This document shows, in pieces, positions 1-10,006 of a DNA stretch of 64,000 nucleotides; position 1 is the first letter of the stretch; the number at the start of each line of letters is the position of its first letter. The notes below the pieces were generated by a model. That model made no database searches and was not told the DNA's origin. It saw only the letters and a list, made by a program, of their open reading frames with translations. The DNA lies in the IMG/VR virus record IMGVR_UViG_3300029288_000055, positions 128,001-192,000 of that record; one strand, 5' to 3'. Made by a program: the position numbers and the translations under genes. Source of the stretch: a virus (lineage: Duplodnaviria; Heunggongvirae; Uroviricota; Caudoviricetes).

Positions 1-305
1 CTATCAATATAACTTTCTTTATATGATATTATAATTGATTGCTTTATACTTTCATCAATAATATATTTAAAATTTTTAATAAAATCAATATTACTTATCT
101 CATCTATATTTGATTCAATTTGAACATTAATCGGTATTTTATTTGATATTTTAGTAATTGGTGCTGTACTACCAAATATTCTTAATCTATCTCTTTCATT
201 CATATTTTTATTATTTTTACGTTTTTCAATAAAAGTATATTGCTGATGCCTAAGTTCAATTCTTTTTTTAATTGTATTTTTTGTATAAATACTCTGTCTC
301 TTCAT
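1..305 (-). CDS. hypothetical protein, partial (runs off the left edge), last visible gene of the glycosyltransferase operon
   Basis: Read by hand: ATG at 305 overlaps the TGA of the upstream GT (ATGA coupling); open frame MKRQSIYTKNTIKKRIELRH... to the window edge. An alternative ATG lies at 203. Confidence 0.6.
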   Translation of the reverse strand, partial: MKRQSIYTKNTIKKRIELRHQQYTFIEKRKNNKNMNERDRLRIFGSTAPITKISNKIPINVQIESNIDEISNIDFIKNFKYIIDESIKQSIIISYKESYID

Positions 306-1024
306 ACTTTATAATTTGTTGTATTATAATTAATTTTACCATTAGTTTTTGGACGGTTACTAAAATAAATCGGATATTTCTTTTCTTGAAGTTTTAAATT
401 TAATTCTGGAAAATTATCAATATGTACAACTCTAATATTTTCAATTTTTTTAATTTCATAACCACGTTTTTTCATTTCATTATTTAAATTAAAATCCCAA
501 AATTGTGATTCGTCAACAATCCACGAATTTATCTCTTCAACAACTTTTCTTCTTTGCATATTAACACAAGTTACAATATTTGAATCACCAAACACTATAC
601 TTTCAAATTCAATTTTATTTGTAGTCTGCAACACATTATATACTCCATTTCTTTTAAGCATTAACTGACCAATCTTAGGAAATGTATCCATTATATGCAC
701 CATATTTGCTAAGAAATGCGGTGTAATTGGTGGACAATCATTATCCCATTGCATTGTATATTCACAATCTTCATCAAGATTATTATAACCTACTTTCGTG
801 CCACCAAAATCTCCAGTATTTTCAGTAAGATAAATTGGTTTGATCTTATAATAACCTTCTTTTTCGAGTGATTTAAGCCATTGACTTGTACCATCAGTTG
901 ATGCTTGATCGATTACAATCATCTTATAATCATTATAACCAGCCAAACGATCAATTTCACGAATAGTAAGTGATGTATATTCCAAACGATTAAACGCTCT
1001 TATTATAATATTTACTCTTGCCAT
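302..1024 (-). CDS. glycosyltransferase family 2 (GT-A fold)
   Basis: VNIIIRAFNR N-terminal strand, VIDQASTDGT, DxD motif WDNDC. Confidence 0.85.
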   Translation of the reverse strand: MARVNIIIRAFNRLEYTSLTIREIDRLAGYNDYKMIVIDQASTDGTSQWLKSLEKEGYYKIKPIYLTENTGDFGGTKVGYNNLDEDCEYTMQWDNDCPPITPHFLANMVHIMDTFPKIGQLMLKRNGVYNVLQTTNKIEFESIVFGDSNIVTCVNMQRRKVVEEINSWIVDESQFWDFNLNNEMKKRGYEIKKIENIRVVHIDNFPELNLKLQEKKYPIYFSNRPKTNGKINYNTTNYKV

Positions 1025-1662
1025 TAGAAATTATGTTTAGCTCTGATCGCATTTATAGCGTCAATTTCACTGTTATTGTTTGAGGTAATACCAGAATCAA
1101 GGTAGTATGCATAAAATTCATTATTAAACACTGCAACACCTTCTCTGCCACTTTTAAGCATTGTCAAATACATATCCCAATCTTGTAACCTTTTAAGATT
1201 TTCGTCAAAACCACAGAATAATTCTCTACGTATTAATGACATAGTAGAAATATAATTACCATATTTTAAATTATTTCCATTAAAGGGTATTGTTGGTATC
1301 ATAAAATTATTTTTTAATGGATGATTGATGGCATTAATTACAATGCCAATATACCCACTATATGCATATGCCTTGTTTGGATTTTTATTTAAAGCATCTA
1401 ATAATTTTTCAAAATGATTTTTTGGTAAAATAATATCATTGTCACAAAAAAATATAAATGGTTGGGTTGATTTTTTAAACCCATCATTTCTCTTTTTAGG
1501 TGCACCACCTAAATCATCATTAATAATAATTTCTTTGGGTTGATTTGCATCAATTAACGGAAGTACGTAATTTTCAAAAAAATCTTTTCTTACTTTATCC
1601 TTACTGGTTGGAATTATTACCGATATTGGTAATCCTTCATCATATTCAATAACATTAATCAT
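1024..1662 (-). CDS. glycosyltransferase family 2
   Basis: ISVIIPT, KRNDGF, FIFFCDNDIIL (DxD), GFDENLKRLQDWDMYL. Confidence 0.9.
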   Translation of the reverse strand: MINVIEYDEGLPISVIIPTSKDKVRKDFFENYVLPLIDANQPKEIIINDDLGGAPKKRNDGFKKSTQPFIFFCDNDIILPKNHFEKLLDALNKNPNKAYAYSGYIGIVINAINHPLKNNFMIPTIPFNGNNLKYGNYISTMSLIRRELFCGFDENLKRLQDWDMYLTMLKSGREGVAVFNNEFYAYYLDSGITSNNNSEIDAINAIRAKHNF

Positions 1663-2203
1663 TTTTCCATTGTTTATTTCTAATTATTCTTGATATGGTT
1701 AATTCAGATACATTATATTTTATTGCAAGTTGTTTATATACTTCAGTTTTTAATTGATCATTAAAATTAAATGTACGAATCTCATGAACCTGATTTTTTG
1801 TTAATTTAGCATTTATATTGTTTTCACCAATCATATTTAATCCATTCGAATGACCTTCAACTTTTTTAGCAATATTATATAATTTATCTTTATATATTTT
1901 AAAATACTTATCTAAATATTGTTGTTCAATTTCATGTAAATTATTTTTGTTAAAAATTTGAATAATTATTGAAAATATAAAATTCTTAGACCCATATTTA
2001 TTCCATGCACGCTGTAAGTGTATGTTGTCATGTTTATTTTTATTTAATAAATGTATATGATGACTCCATCGATTTTTATAATTAAAAGCACTTCCAATAT
2101 AAAAACATCCATTTATTATATTTAAAATACGATAAATTGAACGTGGTGCTGCTTCAATGTAAGAAGGAAAATCATTATTTATTCTAAGCACATTACTTAT
2201 CAT
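1655..2203 (-). CDS. GIY-YIG homing endonuclease with C-terminal HTH
   Basis: SIYRILNIINGCFYIGSA...RWSHH...HLQRAWNKYG...EQQYLD...YNI; C-terminal GENNINAKLT...LAIKYNVSELTISRI. Confidence 0.85.
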   Translation of the reverse strand: MISNVLRINNDFPSYIEAAPRSIYRILNIINGCFYIGSAFNYKNRWSHHIHLLNKNKHDNIHLQRAWNKYGSKNFIFSIIIQIFNKNNLHEIEQQYLDKYFKIYKDKLYNIAKKVEGHSNGLNMIGENNINAKLTKNQVHEIRTFNFNDQLKTEVYKQLAIKYNVSELTISRIIRNKQWKND

Positions 2204-2886
2204 GCTTGATATATTATTGGCAATTCGTCTTTATATTTTTCTACGAATTGAAGTCTATTATTTTCCCATTGCTGGTTTGTCATTCCTACTGACTGGTGTA
2301 AAATTCTTATGTCTGTTGTAACACCAATATTACATCCAGCCAAATAATTGGGTACACAAAATGCAAGATCATAAAAATGAAAGCCTTTAAATTCTTCGTC
2401 CCACGGATGTACAATATTATTACAATCAACTGCCATAAATACACCATCGACCAAAACAACAGGTTTTGTATAACCTTTAATTGGTACTGCATATTCACTT
2501 ACCCAAACATTTGCTCCGTCTGTATGTTCAACAACACCACACATTTTTGTTCTATCTGCCCACCATTGACCACTTTCATGAAGAAATGTTGTACCAGCAA
2601 CACCAATAATGTCAAAGTTAGTGCTATTAAATTTACTGAGAAGTAATTTTCCCCAAGTACGAGTTCTGATTGTAATATCATTATGACAAAACACGAAAAT
2701 TGAATCAGGGTCATTATATTCTTTAATGGCTCTGTTATATACTTCACTAAGGCTAAACTGATTGAAGTTGGTATAGCACACTGTCTGATGTTTAACACCT
2801 ATTGTGTCATTAATATGCTTAATAAATTTTTGATTTTCTTCCTCTGACAAATGTGAGGAAAAAACTACGACAATATTATTTTTCAT
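2200..2886 (-). CDS. glycosyltransferase-like protein (GT2-related, StrF/Glyco_tranf_2_5 type)
   Basis: SLSEVYNRAI, VFCHNDI, IIGVAG, VLVDGVFMAV, WDEEFKGFHFYDLAFC. Start moved to the ATG at 2886, which overlaps the upstream stop. Confidence 0.8.
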   Translation of the reverse strand: MKNNIVVVFSSHLSEEENQKFIKHINDTIGVKHQTVCYTNFNQFSLSEVYNRAIKEYNDPDSIFVFCHNDITIRTRTWGKLLLSKFNSTNFDIIGVAGTTFLHESGQWWADRTKMCGVVEHTDGANVWVSEYAVPIKGYTKPVVLVDGVFMAVDCNNIVHPWDEEFKGFHFYDLAFCVPNYLAGCNIGVTTDIRILHQSVGMTNQQWENNRLQFVEKYKDELPIIYQA

Positions 2887-3475
2887 TTTTAATTGATTTT
2901 TTACTAAATTCAATAAATTTATTCATTTGTAACTCATTATGTTTACTTAAAACATATTGTGTTTTTTCAAGATCATATATAATTTTCTTAATATATGGTG
3001 GATATGTATAATATGGTTTCATTTCTTCTAACATTATTGAATTTCTATCACCATATCCGAAATTACGTACTTTTGCTATTTTTTCGAATTCATTTCCGAA
3101 AATCCAACTATAAATATATCCATATCTTTCCTCTAAATTTATTTTAACAAACACATATATATTTGAATAATTTTTATCTTGATATTCAATAAGATGTTCG
3201 GCTTTTGATTCTTCGCTGCTTTTTACATCAACACCATGTTTAAAGTCAAATCCTTCATCACCATCAATTAATAAACGATGATCAAATACTTCATTAAGCT
3301 GAATTTGATATATTATTTCACCTAATACGCCAACTATTTCATAATTTGGACTTAATTGTTTACAAGATGCAAAACTTTTCTTTTGTTCATGACGTTGTTT
3401 TGCAATAAATTTAGCAAATTCTAAATAAGGTGATATATTAATTTTTAAAAAATCAGGAACTTCAAATTTTTCCAT
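2876..3475 (-). CDS. hypothetical protein, possible PD-(D/E)XK nuclease fold
   Basis: GVLGE...DGDEGFDF...VDVKSS pattern. ATG at 3475 lies downstream of a host-type promoter. Confidence 0.5.
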   Translation of the reverse strand: MEKFEVPDFLKINISPYLEFAKFIAKQRHEQKKSFASCKQLSPNYEIVGVLGEIIYQIQLNEVFDHRLLIDGDEGFDFKHGVDVKSSEESKAEHLIEYQDKNYSNIYVFVKINLEERYGYIYSWIFGNEFEKIAKVRNFGYGDRNSIMLEEMKPYYTYPPYIKKIIYDLEKTQYVLSKHNELQMNKFIEFSKKSIKNEK

Positions 3476-3496
3476 GCATGCAATTATTAATAACCG

Positions 3497-3527
3497 CAAA
3501 CATAATCATTTTTATTTAAATTGTCAA
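3497..3527 (-). promoter_or_regulatory. Bacteroidota sigma-A type promoter
   Basis: Minus strand TTG-N20-TATGTTTG (TAnnTTTG -7 box). Confidence 0.6.
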
Positions 3528-3537
3528 GATATTTTAT

Positions 3538-3819
3538 TTAAACATTAGTAAATATTCCATTTATCAACCAACCATGATAATCACACTTAACTCCAGCATT
3601 AGTTATTGAATTGCAAATAATTGACGGATGTAATGTAAATGTCTCAGGATTGTACATATGCGGACCCGTTGAAGTCTTCTCGCATTTCGGACAGCAAATA
3701 ATTAAACCATGAGATATTAATTTACCATCTTTATTATTTCTGATATAAACAATGCATTCTCCCCCAACCAATTCATCTGGATATGCATCTTGCTTTATAA
3801 CTGCCTTTATTTCACTCAT
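3538..3819 (-). CDS. small Cys/His metal-binding protein (DUF6527-like)
   Basis: CCPKC...TLHPSII...CDYHGWLINGIF. Confidence 0.55.
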   Translation of the reverse strand: MSEIKAVIKQDAYPDELVGGECIVYIRNNKDGKLISHGLIICCPKCEKTSTGPHMYNPETFTLHPSIICNSITNAGVKCDYHGWLINGIFTNV

Positions 3820-3821
3820 AT

Positions 3822-4136
3822 TTATTGATTTTTAAAAGCGGTTAATATTGCCTCATAATCTCCTTTAACTTTAGATAATGGAAATGGTATTCTTATAAGA
3901 GTGCCATCAGGTATATCAAATTCACTTGCAAAATTACCATTAGCATATAAAATAAAAAAATCATAAAATGAATTTCCATAATATTTTTGACTAAGTTTAT
4001 CCATTCTACTAAAATCCGAATTCCAATATTCATACTTATCACTTGGATTCATAGGTAAATTAACAAATGGCATAGCACTAATTGTACCGTCACCATTCTT
4101 TAAAATTGCATATCTATCATAATCAATATTTGGCAT
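3822..4136 (-). CDS. baseplate wedge protein (gp53/LysM-like)
   Basis: RMDKLSQKYYGNSFYDFFILYAN...IPDGTLIRIP pattern; follows a large baseplate gene. Confidence 0.75.
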   Translation of the reverse strand: MPNIDYDRYAILKNGDGTISAMPFVNLPMNPSDKYEYWNSDFSRMDKLSQKYYGNSFYDFFILYANGNFASEFDIPDGTLIRIPFPLSKVKGDYEAILTAFKNQ

Positions 4137-4142
4137 AATTTA

Positions 4143-7100
4143 TTAATGTAAAAGTAATCCATTATTTATAATTGCAGCAATAATTGCCTTCACCTGTCTT
4201 TCATCATATGATTTATTTAATCTTTGTTGTTCAGCAGTTAATATTTCTTTAATGTATGATTCTTGTAAATCAGCTTGTTTTGAAGGTAATTTATACATAC
4301 CAGCATTTGAAAATGAAGAATTTGCATAATAATTGAATGTAACTGCATTCTGCAATGCATCAATAGGTCCTTTCAATGATTGACCACCAATTATTTTTAT
4401 TTGCAATGTAACTTTAGCCATCATTGGTTGCATACCAAAACCTTCTGGATTCATATCCCAAGTTGTATCAGAATAATCAATTGTATAATTTTCAATTATT
4501 ATTTTTGTATAAAAGAAATCACCTACTCTTAAAACACATATTGGTTGACGACCAAAAACAGAATTTTTTGCAGTAATATTGTTAACACCAGTCGCATTAT
4601 CTACACTGTTCCATGATTTTGCAGCACCCTGTCGTTGACACTGATGCAAGAAAGTAAGTCGTTTATGAAAATCTTCTGGTGTTTGACTATGAAATACTGG
4701 ATAAAAATAATTACCACTAACTGAATCAAAACCATGAAGAATTCCAGTATCAGAAATGCCATTTGCAGTTGTTGCACCCCTTTCATTTAACACGCAAGAT
4801 TGACTATTTTTTATTTTTTGAAGTTGAACTTTTGCTGCTTCAATTTCTGCTTGTAATTTAATTATATTTTGTTCATCAGTTGGTGATAATTCAGCTTTCT
4901 TTGGTGGTTGTGCCTTATCATTTTTTCTAATTTCAATAAAAGCATGTCTTTCCTGTTTAGTTTCTTTTGCTGGAATTCTTGCAATTGTAGCATTAGTATC
5001 AGTTGCTTCAACATCACCAGTACTTTCACCAAGAACTAAATCCCAAATAACTTCAATACCATTAGCTACCGAACTTCCAAACATTGTTGCTAATTTTTTC
5101 TTTATTAAATTTTGTACAGCTACTGCTCTTCTTTCACCTAATTTTTTATTATAATTGCTACCAGCAACCACATCAGTTTCAATTGTTGGAGTAAATAATT
5201 TTGATGCTGCACCATGTATATAAACACTATAATATGGTCTATTATTTTCATCATTAAATATATTAAAAAGTGCATTATTTAATATATTTATACCAAATTG
5301 ATCAGTAAGTCCTGTTGCAGTATATTGTGAAGGAGTATTTGTATCTAATGCATATTTTTGTGCACCATCAATAAAGCCAAGATCAATAATACCTGTTTTA
5401 AAATATGCACCAGCATTTAAACCCCAACTTGTAATATCTGAAGAAGGTAAACCATCGATAATTTCGTATGTATATTTTTTATAAAGATCATCAATAATTG
5501 TATTAAGATTATCATTTACTGCTGGTACATCATTTGGAAACACAACATCAATATCTACTGGTTGAATATTATTTGGCTCTGCAGGATTAGTTTTTCCTTT
5601 AATTATTTCAATATCATTTGTTAATTTTGCTATTTTAAATTCATAGTTTTCAATTGATACAAATTTATCTATAAATGGCTGACCACCAAATGCAAAAAAT
5701 TCTGCAATTTCTTTTTGCTTACCAGTTGTATTTGCAAAATTTTTAAGTTGTTGTGGATAATCTATAAGTAATGTAAAACTAAGAGTTGCACCCCTTTCAG
5801 AATTCATATAATTATACATTGGTTCATTTCTACCAATAATCGATGTTGGTTCAAATTTAGCTACACCAGTTTCTTGTATTTCAAGATTATATGGCGGAAA
5901 CCACATAATTCGCCCATTGAACGGACCGACCTCACATGCTGGTATTGGAGAACCATATTCATCATCAATAATACCATATGTACTTTTACTGAGAACTCTA
6001 ACTGCAAGGTTTTCAATTGAAAACATTAAATTTTTTGGGTCTGGTTTTCCATCCTTATCTAATGTGGGATGAATACGGGGTAATACACTCTTATATAGTA
6101 CAGAATCTTTATTACCACCATAAACCTGATTACCATTAAATCTAATTGCTTTTGTAAATTTGCCATATTGATCTAATACACTATGCTGACGAATACCTTT
6201 ACGTCCAGCAAAATCAGGAAGTGCAGTTGAAGGTGCTCTCCATAATGCTGACCCATTAAAACCTACAAGTTTATCACCATCAGTAAATGCTTTTCTTGTA
6301 ATATCGCCAATCTTACCTTCAGTTGCATTTATTAAATTTCTTGTATACTCCAATAAACCAGTTCTAATTTTAAAACCAGCTTTTAAATTCTGTGACTGAA
6401 GATTATTTAAAACTTCAGGTTCTGAAACTCCACGTAATTGGGTTAATTTATCTTCAGTTTCTGGTGTAGTACCATCTCTACCCCAAACAACTTTATTTAA
6501 TTGATTGTCATTACTAAATTCAGTATTATTATCAATCCAACTATTTATGGATTGATCATCTGAAAATCCTAATAAATCACCAGTTTTTTCCGTACTTTTT
6601 GCTAATGTATTTCCAAAATTATTATTAATAAAATCAGCATCTGGTGCATATTCTTGAGTATTTGTTGAAGTACTATCATATGCTACAACCATCTGATTAT
6701 CCGATTCTACTGCTGCAGAACCTGAAGGATGATTAGTCAAATAAGGATATTCTTTTGCACTATTAAAATTAAAATATGTTTTATTACTAACAATATTACT
6801 TCTTGGTTGAATTGGACTTCGTGCAATAACGCTATATTGTGTTAATGTAGTGTCATTTTGTTTATAAATGTTCTGATTAATTGCACTATATAAAAATGTT
6901 AACTGTCCAGTACCTGTATTTTTAATAAAATCAGCATTTGTTGGATTTTTAGTAAATGGATAATCTCTATTTGGATAATTATAAATTAAATTATCAATAA
7001 AATTCTGAAAACTTGTTTGTTTTTTTACTGTTATACTGAAATTAATATTATTAGTAAAGAGTTTAGTATCTTTTGAACCATCAAATAAATTAGCTAATTT

Positions 7101-7496
7101 TATCGTAGGAAATGTTTGCTGTGCAAGATGTGAGGCTGAATTCATAGCAAATTGTTTGCCTAACATTACAAGACCAATTTCACTAAGTGGTGTACTATTT
7201 CCAGCAAGACTTGCAATTCTGCCAATTGCACTGTTTTTTAAATCAAAACCTTTAAACGGAGCAAGTGCAGAACCGATACTGCTAATAGCATTAACTACCT
7301 TTTGTATACTATTCGGATTAAGCGGATATTCAACATCAGGAGTATATAAATTTCTTGATTGTAGTATGTTTCTTAAATTATTAGAATCAACCAATAATCT
7401 TGAATTACCACCACTATCATTAACATTAATATTATTATTTGAAGTTGCTCCCGCAAATACAGTTTGTGGTTGTCTTCTGCTATTATTATCTGCCAT
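4143..7496 (-). CDS. large baseplate/tail structural protein with OmpA-like peptidoglycan-binding domain
   Basis: 1117 aa with late promoter motif. Tube-initiator-like segments IIGRNEPMYNYMNSER and FGRQPICVLRVGDFF; OmpA-like IHGAAS...YNKKLGERRAVAVQNLI. Confidence 0.65.
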   Translation of the reverse strand: MADNNSRRQPQTVFAGATSNNNINVNDSGGNSRLLVDSNNLRNILQSRNLYTPDVEYPLNPNSIQKVVNAISSIGSALAPFKGFDLKNSAIGRIASLAGNSTPLSEIGLVMLGKQFAMNSASHLAQQTFPTIKLANLFDGSKDTKLFTNNINFSITVKKQTSFQNFIDNLIYNYPNRDYPFTKNPTNADFIKNTGTGQLTFLYSAINQNIYKQNDTTLTQYSVIARSPIQPRSNIVSNKTYFNFNSAKEYPYLTNHPSGSAAVESDNQMVVAYDSTSTNTQEYAPDADFINNNFGNTLAKSTEKTGDLLGFSDDQSINSWIDNNTEFSNDNQLNKVVWGRDGTTPETEDKLTQLRGVSEPEVLNNLQSQNLKAGFKIRTGLLEYTRNLINATEGKIGDITRKAFTDGDKLVGFNGSALWRAPSTALPDFAGRKGIRQHSVLDQYGKFTKAIRFNGNQVYGGNKDSVLYKSVLPRIHPTLDKDGKPDPKNLMFSIENLAVRVLSKSTYGIIDDEYGSPIPACEVGPFNGRIMWFPPYNLEIQETGVAKFEPTSIIGRNEPMYNYMNSERGATLSFTLLIDYPQQLKNFANTTGKQKEIAEFFAFGGQPFIDKFVSIENYEFKIAKLTNDIEIIKGKTNPAEPNNIQPVDIDVVFPNDVPAVNDNLNTIIDDLYKKYTYEIIDGLPSSDITSWGLNAGAYFKTGIIDLGFIDGAQKYALDTNTPSQYTATGLTDQFGINILNNALFNIFNDENNRPYYSVYIHGAASKLFTPTIETDVVAGSNYNKKLGERRAVAVQNLIKKKLATMFGSSVANGIEVIWDLVLGESTGDVEATDTNATIARIPAKETKQERHAFIEIRKNDKAQPPKKAELSPTDEQNIIKLQAEIEAAKVQLQKIKNSQSCVLNERGATTANGISDTGILHGFDSVSGNYFYPVFHSQTPEDFHKRLTFLHQCQRQGAAKSWNSVDNATGVNNITAKNSVFGRQPICVLRVGDFFYTKIIIENYTIDYSDTTWDMNPEGFGMQPMMAKVTLQIKIIGGQSLKGPIDALQNAVTFNYYANSSFSNAGMYKLPSKQADLQESYIKEILTAEQQRLNKSYDERQVKAIIAAIINNGLLLH

Positions 7497-7560
7497 TAAT
7501 ACTTTTTTAAATAAATACTTGCAATATAAATTTAAAAAAGAATGAATTTGTTATGACAAA

Positions 7561-8127
7561 CTAAAAAGGTATATCAACGTAATTATCTTTATCAGCTTCA
7601 AAATAAATTTTAATATTCAGATTTTTTTGTTTTAAACGCTCCCACTCAATGTATATAAATTTGGCATTTGATTCATTTTCACCAAATTCTTCACGATGTA
7701 TTCTATAATATTCAAACAGATCAACTGTTTTTATTATTGCAATACTATATAACTTAAGGTCTATTGAATTGTCAAAATACGCTTGTAAAGTAAATTCAGG
7801 ATAAAGATATCCATGTTCAATTGCATAAAGTCTTTTTTCTAACTCGGTAGTATTACCCGATTCTCTTTCAGTTCTTATAGTAAACGTATTACATTTATAT
7901 ACAAATTGTACTCTTGATGCAATACCTTGCAATCCGTGTTCATCTTCTCGAAAATAATCAATGCCTGACTTTACGTCAAGCATTTTTTTTAATTCATCTT
8001 TTTCTGATTCAACTTCAATAATATTACCAGCTATTAATCTTGGAATAACAGTATATTCAATACTTCTAATTGCTCTGACACTATCTGTAATTTCTTTTTC
8101 TACCTTTTCTTGTAAATCCTTATACAT
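7561..8127 (-). CDS. hypothetical protein, putative PD-(D/E)XK nuclease paired with the methyltransferase
   Basis: LDVKSGIDY...IASRVQ...TFTIR...SG.TTELEK; start overlaps the MTase stop by 8 bp. Confidence 0.45.
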   Translation of the reverse strand: MYKDLQEKVEKEITDSVRAIRSIEYTVIPRLIAGNIIEVESEKDELKKMLDVKSGIDYFREDEHGLQGIASRVQFVYKCNTFTIRTERESGNTTELEKRLYAIEHGYLYPEFTLQAYFDNSIDLKLYSIAIIKTVDLFEYYRIHREEFGENESNAKFIYIEWERLKQKNLNIKIYFEADKDNYVDIPF

Positions 8128-9679
8128 TATCCTCTTCAGCTAATTTTTCAGTTTTTGTTTTTCTCTCAACTAATATACATCCTCTACTAATAGCAATATC
8201 AAGATTTTCTTGATCGTTGTCACAACCTTTACCAATTCTTCCTAACGTATTGGCTGCAATTATAAAACTACCTGTGCATGTGAATGGGTCAACTACAAGA
8301 TTATTAAGTTTTGATGTGTGTCTGATCAATCTCATTGATAAATCATCGGACTTCTGCCATTCATGTAATCTGTTACCAATACGACCATCAGGTGCATTAT
8401 CTTCCTGTACAGAAAACATTTCACTTGTAATAGATATATCAAGTTCGGGAGAATTGTCACTATATAAGTGCCATATCATTTGATAATTAAGATTATATTT
8501 CATTTTGGGTGTAACACCAAGAGTATTTTTATATGTCCAGATTAAAGGATTATCAACCTTAAATTTGGTCTGTTTTAATAATACATTTAAAAATGCTTGA
8601 ATTTCTTCTGGATATGAACCACTAAATACAAGCATCCTGCCAGATTGTTTGGTTTTCTGAATTGCCAGTGTAAGCCATTTTTCTGTAAACTCACCAATGT
8701 TTGAAATGTCTGTTGAATATGGGGGGTCAGTAAAAAGTAAATCAATTGAGTCATCTTCAAAACTGTTAAGAAAATCGTTGGCATCCATTAAACTTACTTC
8801 AGGTGCGTCAACCATTATTTTTTTGGCTTGTTCAATATAAATTTCTTTTTTCTTTTCAAGTTGTTTAGTTTTTTTATTCTTTTTTATTTCTCTGAGAGTT
8901 TCATTAAGTATTTTTTTACCTGCTCTTAATTCATCTACTGTTTTATCATTGGTTTCATTTTTTATTATTTCAATTGCTTTTTTAGCTTTTTCCAAAGTTT
9001 TTTTATCAGTATTTTTATCAACTAATAAAGATGCTTGACTAATTTTAAGCGAACCAATTTTTGTAGCATTTATTATAATTTCTTCACCACTATCATCAAT
9101 TTTTTTAATATCACTAATTAAGGTATATGAAATACCAGCTTTTTTGGCAAGTTCATCACGGGAATCTCTTGTTACTGTTTTAATATCACCTTTAATTTCC
9201 CCTTCTTCTTCATTAGGTGAAAAAATGGTAACCAATTTGGTACGGTCCGCAGATATTTGCGGACCTCTATCAGGTATTTGAGTCTTTATTTCCTTTTGTT
9301 TTTCTGTAAACCTTTTTTGTTCAATATCTTTAAGAATATTAGCTAAGTGTCCTCTTTCATAAGAATTAATATTTCTTCTACCAAATTGATTAAGAATTAT
9401 CCATTCCTTGGCATATTCAATATTTTCAAATTCTTTTTGAATTGTATTAAATGAAATATTATGTTTGGTACATATTTCATATCTGTTATGTCCATCTACA
9501 ATTGTTTTATTCCAAAGTATAATTGAATCTCTACAACCATCATCAATTATACTTTGTTCAAGAAGTTGATATTCTTCTGAAGATAAAGGATAAATTAATT
9601 TTTTTAATTCAAGATTTATTTCGATTATTGCCATATCAATTGAATTTTCGTTTTCTATTGGATTTACATTTTCACTCAT
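8120..9679 (-). CDS. ParB-like N-terminal domain fused to beta-class amino (N6A/N4C) DNA methyltransferase
   Basis: LEQSIIDDGCRDSII...IVDGHNRY...NQFGRRN (ParB/Srx); HTH RDELAKKAGIS; DLLFTDPPY (motif IV); HEWQKS; VVDPFTCTGS (motif I). Confidence 0.85.
   Translation of the reverse strand: MSENVNPIENENSIDMAIIEINLELKKLIYPLSSEEYQLLEQSIIDDGCRDSIILWNKTIVDGHNRYEICTKHNISFNTIQKEFENIEYAKEWIILNQFGRRNINSYERGHLANILKDIEQKRFTEKQKEIKTQIPDRGPQISADRTKLVTIFSPNEEEGEIKGDIKTVTRDSRDELAKKAGISYTLISDIKKIDDSGEEIIINATKIGSLKISQASLLVDKNTDKKTLEKAKKAIEIIKNETNDKTVDELRAGKKILNETLREIKKNKKTKQLEKKKEIYIEQAKKIMVDAPEVSLMDANDFLNSFEDDSIDLLFTDPPYSTDISNIGEFTEKWLTLAIQKTKQSGRMLVFSGSYPEEIQAFLNVLLKQTKFKVDNPLIWTYKNTLGVTPKMKYNLNYQMIWHLYSDNSPELDISITSEMFSVQEDNAPDGRIGNRLHEWQKSDDLSMRLIRHTSKLNNLVVDPFTCTGSFIIAANTLGRIGKGCDNDQENLDIAISRGCILVERKTKTEKLAEEDNV
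9244..9265. repeat. near-perfect GC-rich palindrome GGTCCGCAGATATTTGCGGACC inside the MTase gene; copy of 10688-10709
   Basis: 21 of 22 bases identical to the core of the 44-bp palindrome at 10677-10720. Confidence 0.85.
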
Positions 9680-9726
9680 GTTAATTGAATTTTAATATTT
9701 TTTTAATTAAAATTTTATTTGAGTGG

Positions 9727-9757
9727 CAAAAATATACATAATAAAATTAATATCCAA
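9727..9757 (-). promoter_or_regulatory. Bacteroidota sigma-A type promoter for the ParB-MTase operon
   Basis: Minus strand TTG-N20-TATTTTTG. Confidence 0.6.
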
Positions 9758-9784
9758 TTATTTTTAATTTTTTATTAAAAGTCC

Positions 9785-9815
9785 TTTGAAATCAAGATAT
9801 TAATTATTATCTTTG
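9785..9815 (+). promoter_or_regulatory. Bacteroidota sigma-A type promoter (rightward)
   Basis: TTTG-N19-TATCTTTG. Confidence 0.6.
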
Positions 9816-9819
9816 AATT

Positions 9820-9987
9820 ATGATTCAAAATTTGAAAAAATTTGGAAATTCTTATCCTGTGTTACAAATTTTGATTAAATTCGCAGAAGTTAAACACAAA
9901 TGTTGTAATCTTTGTTATCGATTTGCAAAATTGATGAAGAGTTTGAGTGATATTGATTCTCTGTCCGCCTGTGGACAGTCCGCTTGA
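9820..9987 (+). CDS. possible 55-aa near-leaderless small ORF
   Basis: MIQNLKKFGNSYPVLQILIKFAEVKHKCCNLCYRFAKLMKSLSDIDSLSACGQSA, directly after the promoter; may be non-coding. Confidence 0.25.
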   Translation: MIQNLKKFGNSYPVLQILIKFAEVKHKCCNLCYRFAKLMKSLSDIDSLSACGQSA

Positions 9988-10006
9988 GTTTTAACGAAAA
10001 ACTCGT

